DNA of 54,803 nt from Phoronis australis. Lineage: Eukaryota; Animalia; Phoronida. Positions 51,011-54,803 of the stretch are shown here, one piece after another. Where the stretch lies: the NCBI GenBank assembly GCA_002633005.1, contig NMRA01000254.1:373370-428172 (forward strand). Reading direction: 5' to 3'. The position numbers and the translations under genes are program-made. Under the pieces are notes generated by a model. That model did not search any database. It had not been told where the DNA came from and saw only the letters and a program-made list of their open reading frames with translations. The number at the start of each line of letters is the position of its first letter. The first letter of the stretch is position 1.

Positions 51011-52137
51011 GAAAACGGAAAACTTTATTACATGGCCGTATTTCACTCGACAGATTCGACGCGTATAAGATAAAAAACGCGTCCGAATTAATTATACAAA
51101 GATTTTCTTTATGATGCACAGTCACCGTGCGACGGCCCTGGGCATCCACATTGGGGGAGGTGGTTGCAGTTGAATAAATAAAGATTCTAGTTTATGCTTC
51201 ACATTTTTATTATTCATGCCCGTAGCCGGGGGGGGGGGGGTTCGATCAAACCCCTCCCCCGCCGAAAAGGTCCAGCCCCATGCGTTAAACATGGGATGTG
51301 AATGGACAATAACAACAAAATGGTGCTACTAACTACAATGGTAACTAAGATAGTAATAATTTTGAATTTGCCTCTGATTCTAAGCGCTTCATCACGTGTC
51401 ATCGGGTCGTACTCGGCAAACTTCGCCCGAGTGCCGCTTTTGTGTAGATGATAGGATCGTCCATATGATAAGACATGCATGCACATGTACATGTAGGCTG
51501 CCGCAAAAACATAAAACAGCAAGAATGTAGGGAAATTTTGAGTTTATTAATTAACCCCGGTAATTACCATTATACGGCGGAAACAAGATTTAAATGTGTG
51601 CAGTTTTAGTGTTTTTTTTGGGGGGGGGACTCAGATCCAATTTCAAGTGTCAAATTCGGAGCACGGCTCAATAGTAACGAAACTATGGCTAAGTATAGGC
51701 TCTCCCGCGATATCCCAGGCGACCGGCAGTGGCGCTGCGCACTACGACTCCGTTTCCGTCGTCTGCTTTCCTGTGCAATGAAGAAAATTACTTCATTTTT
51801 TTAAAGAAAATGGAATATGAGTCACGATGAAAATACGGATGCAGCTGGTAAGATGTGAATTTTAATCGAAGCCTTAGTGAATCACTAAGAAACTCATAAT
51901 TCTCTATTTGTCAAATCTTAACTTAAGACGATTTCCAAAGCAATCGCGTCATTAATGCCAACACAAAAAACGGATTTGGTCTTTTGAGCAATTGTAGACT
52001 ATTAAATACAACAAATTTGTTACGAACTGATTGCACAAAATATGAAAAAGTGTAATAAGCATTAAAAAAGTAGGTTTCGCGCGCAAACGCTGTGGATCAT
52101 AAACAAGTAGGTCTCATATTACCAAATTATGCGCGAA

Positions 52138-52200
52138 ATCGTGATGGTGCAGTGGTAAAGCATGCTCGCTCTATCGGCCAGGTCGTGAGTTCGACTCCAT
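52138..52200 (+). mobile_element. tRNA-derived SINE head (Pol III A and B boxes)
   Basis: A box TGGTGCAGTGG at 52145-52155 and B box GAGTTCGACTC at 52187-52197; no complete cloverleaf. Confidence 0.6.
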
Positions 52201-53173
52201 GATAATTGCGGTTTTTCACGTTCTCCGTTTTTTTGTCTTCAGGAATCAAGGAAAATGCTTGATGTTTAGAGGAGAAAATAGAAAAATTTTCCTGGGCGGG
52301 AGAGGGGGGAGCAACCACCCTCACGACCTCCCCCCATTCGATGCTATGCGCATCTAATCGCGCTTTGCACAAATGTTTTCAGACAAAATATTGCCCCCCT
52401 TGTTTTATACTTGATCCGCCACTGTAAGAGGAGGCTTTATGTTCTTCATAAACCACACGCGTGGTGGCTACACCAAAGGGTAACAAGAGAGTTCAGATGC
52501 GAGGCTAAGCATAAAATTCTAGCCCTACGACCTTAGTAAGCTACATGTTTTGCATATAACAGCGAGAGAGCTCCCAAAAATAGTGTGGTGGGAATGCCTC
52601 AAACTCGGCCAAGAAATACACTGTAAAACAGCAGCAATTTGTTATTCTGCTGTTTTGGTTTTAATTGCAAGCATAGTACGGTAGAGGTGTAGGCATTTTC
52701 AAATTTTGAATTGAAAGTGATCGTGAAAAAATCCAAATATGTTGTTCATCTAGTGTCCACTTTGATTGTAGATTGGTGGCTTGACATGCATGCCTGTACA
52801 CGTTTGAACGTTTCTGTTCTTTCAAATTCAGTACTCGCTGACGGTAAGTTCATTATGGGCAGTCCTCCGTCGTGCTAAATAACCAGACATTCAACTACCG
52901 TGTTTTCTTGCACTGAGAATACGCCGTTAAGCATTACCACGTTATGATGGAAAGTAGTAGTAGAACTCAACTTTTGTTAACAAAAATCTCCTTTAGTCAA
53001 TCAATGTCAATGGTGCACAACCCTGCAGATTTCATACGAGCTACAAACTTCATGGAAAAGATTTCCATGTTTCCATGTCACTATGACGAAGGTTCAATAT
53101 TCCGAAGGTCCAGCACTGCGAATGCCCATTAATCCGAAGATTCGTTCTCTTCTAAATTTAGCTACGGGCCCTG

Positions 53174-53590
53174 GGCCCGGTCTCTAATGTTTGTGCTCGA
53201 AACGAACTCGAAATTAGTTTTTGCAATTTCTCTGATCCTTTTGTGCTAATTCAAAATAAGTGGTTATCAGACTGTGCTCGAATAATTATAGTTTATGCGT
53301 ATGAGTTTCTAGTCCAAGTTTGCACTTAAAAACTCTCTTATTCGTGCTACAAACTCGAGTAAAAACTCGAAATTTCGAGTTCAAACTCAAACTTTTACAT
53401 GTACATGTACTGTAGCTTTAATGATGGATTTGTCAACTGCAAACTAGGACTAATAAATCATCCAGGTAAGTCATTATGTACTCGAGCATAGAGTAATAGA
53501 CACTTATCTTGAGTTTGCACAAAAGTGGAATAAAAAATGTCAAACATAATTTCGAACTCTATTTCGAGTAAAAAGATTCGAGACTGGGCC
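53174..53590. mobile_element. PIF/Harbinger-type MITE with CWG flanks
   Basis: CTG-GGCCCGGTCTC ... GAGACTGGGCC-CAG; homologous copies at 14272 and 10370. Confidence 0.8.
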
Positions 53591-54609
53591 CAGAGAACTG
53601 CAACAGTTCACTACTCTGATTGCGTGATCACGACTCATTCTCAAGCACAGACTACATCTGGGGCACGGCTGCGGCGACCGACGGCGGTTTCAAATTTTGA
53701 AGACTAAATTGTACTCCCTGATTTCGTGAGAACTGGCAGGGACAGGAAGGCCTACTAACTTCAATTAGTTTCGACCCGGTCGCGTGTGGGTCTCGCTGCG
53801 AGTCGATCTTGACATGGATGAATTGTGTCATGGTTGATATTTCATCAGTATTCATACTATCATTTTACAATGCAAGTGCGTACTCATTTTGAGACATGCG
53901 GGCAATTTCGCATGAACATGAAATCTGACAGGTTTCTAGTTGTGTTTTAGGGCCCGGGTGTTGTTTTTCGGTATACATGTACATGTAGGTGCACGTAATA
54001 ACCGAGATATCGTTTATTTTTACATGTAAAAGTTTAAAAATCACATCTGAGTTTAAAATTTAGATATTTTTGGAGCGGTGAATCTTTGGAGTGGTGAATC
54101 GTCGAACTAGTGAACCTTCGCAGTGGCGGATTTATAGGGGGCCAAGGGGGCCATGCCCCCCCTAAAATTCTCCCATATTAAATTTGGTAATTCGGAGTGT
54201 AAGTGTTTGACGGGCAAATTCCTGGCTAACACTCTCCCCCGCCCCCCAACTCAAAATCCATGACGATTCCTGGAAAGAACGCAAACTGACACCTTTCGGC
54301 AATCAGTAACATCAGGAAGAGATAACCAGGAAGGGACAACTAGCTAAACCGCCGTTTTTGGCCTCCTTCCCCGGACTAATTTCAGAGCTTAAGTTTCGTT
54401 TAAAAAGAAACAGATGATTTTGTCAGAGAGATTAAAGCTTTTTCTATAGAAGGATATCAAAAAACTCACTTTTCAACCTTAAACAGTGGTGTAATTGTAC
54501 TTTGAAAATATCCACTTCAGCGCACGCAATCGCAATTTCCCACACGCAGTCACGGGTATTTAAGCTTTTCCGTCGATGTATAGATGGCGCAGTAGTCAAG
54601 TACTCCCTC

Positions 54610-54630
54610 ATTTGCATATCAAATTTGCAT
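54610..54630 (+). promoter_or_regulatory. Two octamer motifs (ATTTGCAT) upstream of the U8-like candidate
   Basis: ATTTGCAT at 54610-54617 and 54623-54630. Confidence 0.45.
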
Positions 54631-54644
54631 GTGGGAGTTCTGAG

Positions 54645-54792
54645 ACTCTCGTCAGTTTAGTTGTTGTCGAGCGCTTGAGTGCATAAAGCGGTGACCTCCC
54701 GCTGAGAGCACGCGCTGATGAAGATACCTCAGCTAACTCGATCGCTTCGCAATCAGGAGGTGAAAACACTCTCATGACCGCAGTTCTGAATT
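54645..54792 (+). ncRNA. Candidate U8-like box C/D snoRNA
   Basis: The 5' end CTCGTCAG resembles vertebrate U8 AUCGUCAG. A nested stem (gcgc..gtgc..agcgg / ccgct..gcac gcgc) closes immediately before box C TGATGA (54716-21). A 3' hairpin begins GCAATCAGGA (vertebrate U8 has GUAAUCAGGA), followed by box D CTGA (54786-89). Length is ~145 nt. Confidence 0.55.
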
Positions 54793-54803
54793 CCAGCTAA
54801 GGA

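Noticed and set aside
52138-52210. Functional tRNA gene
   Set aside because: A and B boxes are present, but acceptor and anticodon stems cannot be formed.
54713-54775. Hammerhead ribozyme (CTGATGA...GAAA)
   Set aside because: No stem I/stem III with a cleavage triplet could be built; the box C/D interpretation fits better.

Overview
Eukaryotic, intron-containing, repeat-rich DNA from an invertebrate animal, probably a lophotrochozoan such as a mollusc. That is inferred from intronless animal-type USP genes, a PAN plus F-type lectin gene and the transposon types present. Genes: a 10-finger C2H2 zinc-finger gene (+); a spliced PAN/Apple + F-type lectin gene with an in-frame TGA (-, probably a pseudogene or null allele); two tandem intronless universal stress protein genes (-); and a 7-exon, ~865-aa Lys/Ser/Glu-rich orphan gene (-) with a GC-AG intron and duplicated phase-2 exons. 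A U8-like box C/D snoRNA candidate sits at the right edge. Mobile DNA includes a decayed LINE split by a TTAA-flanked Kolobok-like element carrying a THAP remnant, Academ-like remnants, Harbinger-type (CWG target) MITEs and a tRNA-derived SINE head. The most striking signal is the strong over-representation of TACATGTA. Three comparisons between homologous copies in this window show it arising as TA -> TA+CATGTA, the pattern of Tc1/mariner excision footprints. Two direct duplications joined by a single N look like haplotype assembly overlaps. All calls are by eye, without database searches.
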